A model generated the notes under the pieces. That model did not search any database. It saw only the letters and a program-made list of their open reading frames with translations, and was not told where the DNA came from. 64,000 nt of DNA from Catajapyx aquilonaris (Eukaryota), in contig KZ537997.1 in assembly GCA_000934665.2 (NCBI GenBank), positions 1 through 64,000 on the forward strand. Reading direction: 5' to 3'. The translations under genes and the position numbers were made by a program. Numbering within the stretch: the stretch's first letter is position 1; the number at the start of each line of letters is the position of its first letter. Below are positions 63,075 through 64,000 of the stretch, piece after piece.

Positions 63075-63828
63075 CAGGGTTTGGCAAAATTTATAACAGG
63101 ATTTGAATCACGTGGTATGGGGTGCTATTTGCACATGAGCGAGAGATTGGGATGTGCTGGAGTGGGGAAGGTATGCCATTTGCAAAAATAGCGTCGTGGT
63201 CAGCAGAAAACCATGCTTTCGTCGTGGAGGATTATTTTGAAAATAATGAGTCCCCCATAGCTGTACAAAGTATCTTTCTTCGTCTTTTTGGGCTGGAACC
63301 TCAGGACAAAGTCCCTGACCACCGGACGTTCATAAAGTGGGTGAAGCAGTTCTGGGACACAGCTTCAAGCCGGGACCAGACAGCACTGGATGTAAAAGGA
63401 CACATCAGACCCCTCAACGGAGCTTCAAATGGCCTATCGCTGAGAACTTCAGAGTAGAGTATTGCTTACCTCTTGTACCCGTTGAGGGGTCCTGTGTTCT
63501 TTGACGTCCAGTGCTTTCTGGTCCCGGCTTGAAGCTGTGTCCCAGAACTGCTTCACCCACCTTATGAACGGTCTGGTGGTCGGGGACTGTGTCCTGACGT
63601 CCCAGCCCAAAAAGACAAAGAAATATCCTTTGTACAGCTACGCGGAACTCATTATTATTTTTTAATGTAATTCTCCACAACAAATGCATAGTGTTCTGCT
63701 GACCATGACGCTATTTTTGAAAATGGCATACCTTCCCCACTCCAGCACATGCCAATATCCAACTCATGTGCAAATAGCACCACCGTACCATGTGATTCAA
63801 ATACTGTTATTCATTTTGCCCAACCCTG
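63075..63828. mobile_element. Tc1/mariner-superfamily fold-back derivative (two 5' ends)
   Basis: TA|CAGGGTT...AACCCTG|TA; arms of about 345 bp (63075-63420, 63479-63828); transposase N-terminal HTH relic WSAENHAFVVEDYFENNESPIAVQSIF...VPDHRTFIKWVKQF in both orientations. Confidence 0.9.
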
Positions 63829-64000
63829 TAAATGTATGCTAAATTATGTAAAGGAAGTGCCTGGTGGTTGCAGGAGAAGTCTGCGGGAAAGAAATTCCAT
63901 GAGAATTATTCATGAGAAGGAAAATTAGGCATTCCCTTTGTAGTGATTGGTTCTCGTATAAGTTCTGCTCCAACTTTCACTACCACCATTGAGAGTCTAT

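Overview
Eukaryotic genomic DNA with GT-AG spliced genes, most likely from an arthropod (inferred from an insect-Mmp2-like MMP, a spinster gene and arthropod-type SINE/mariner relics). I assembled four protein-coding genes by hand, with consistent splice phases. (1) Minus strand, 5902 to off the left edge: an unusual multidomain PPP-family Ser/Thr phosphatase with a degenerate Nudix-like N-terminus, then a calcineurin-B/recoverin-like EF-hand module, then the catalytic domain. (2) ZNHIT3 (+, 6337-8931), head-to-head with gene 1 across 434 bp. (3) A membrane-anchored matrix metalloproteinase, Mmp2-like (+, 18995-40981, 9 exons, 560 aa). (4) The MFS transporter spinster (+, 46906-61264), with a tandem-duplicated, mutually exclusive exon pair only 42 nt apart and candidate alternative C-terminal exons. 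Introns and intergenic DNA carry many non-autonomous DNA transposons: three long Tc1/mariner fold-backs built from two copies of the same end, plus pogo/Tigger-, hAT- and Mutator-like MITEs. There are also SINE relics with Deu/Nin- and V/Meta-like domains, decayed LINEs, and a loop-free perfect 68-bp palindrome. No rRNA, tRNA or CRISPR features were found. All family assignments come from motif recognition, not database searches.
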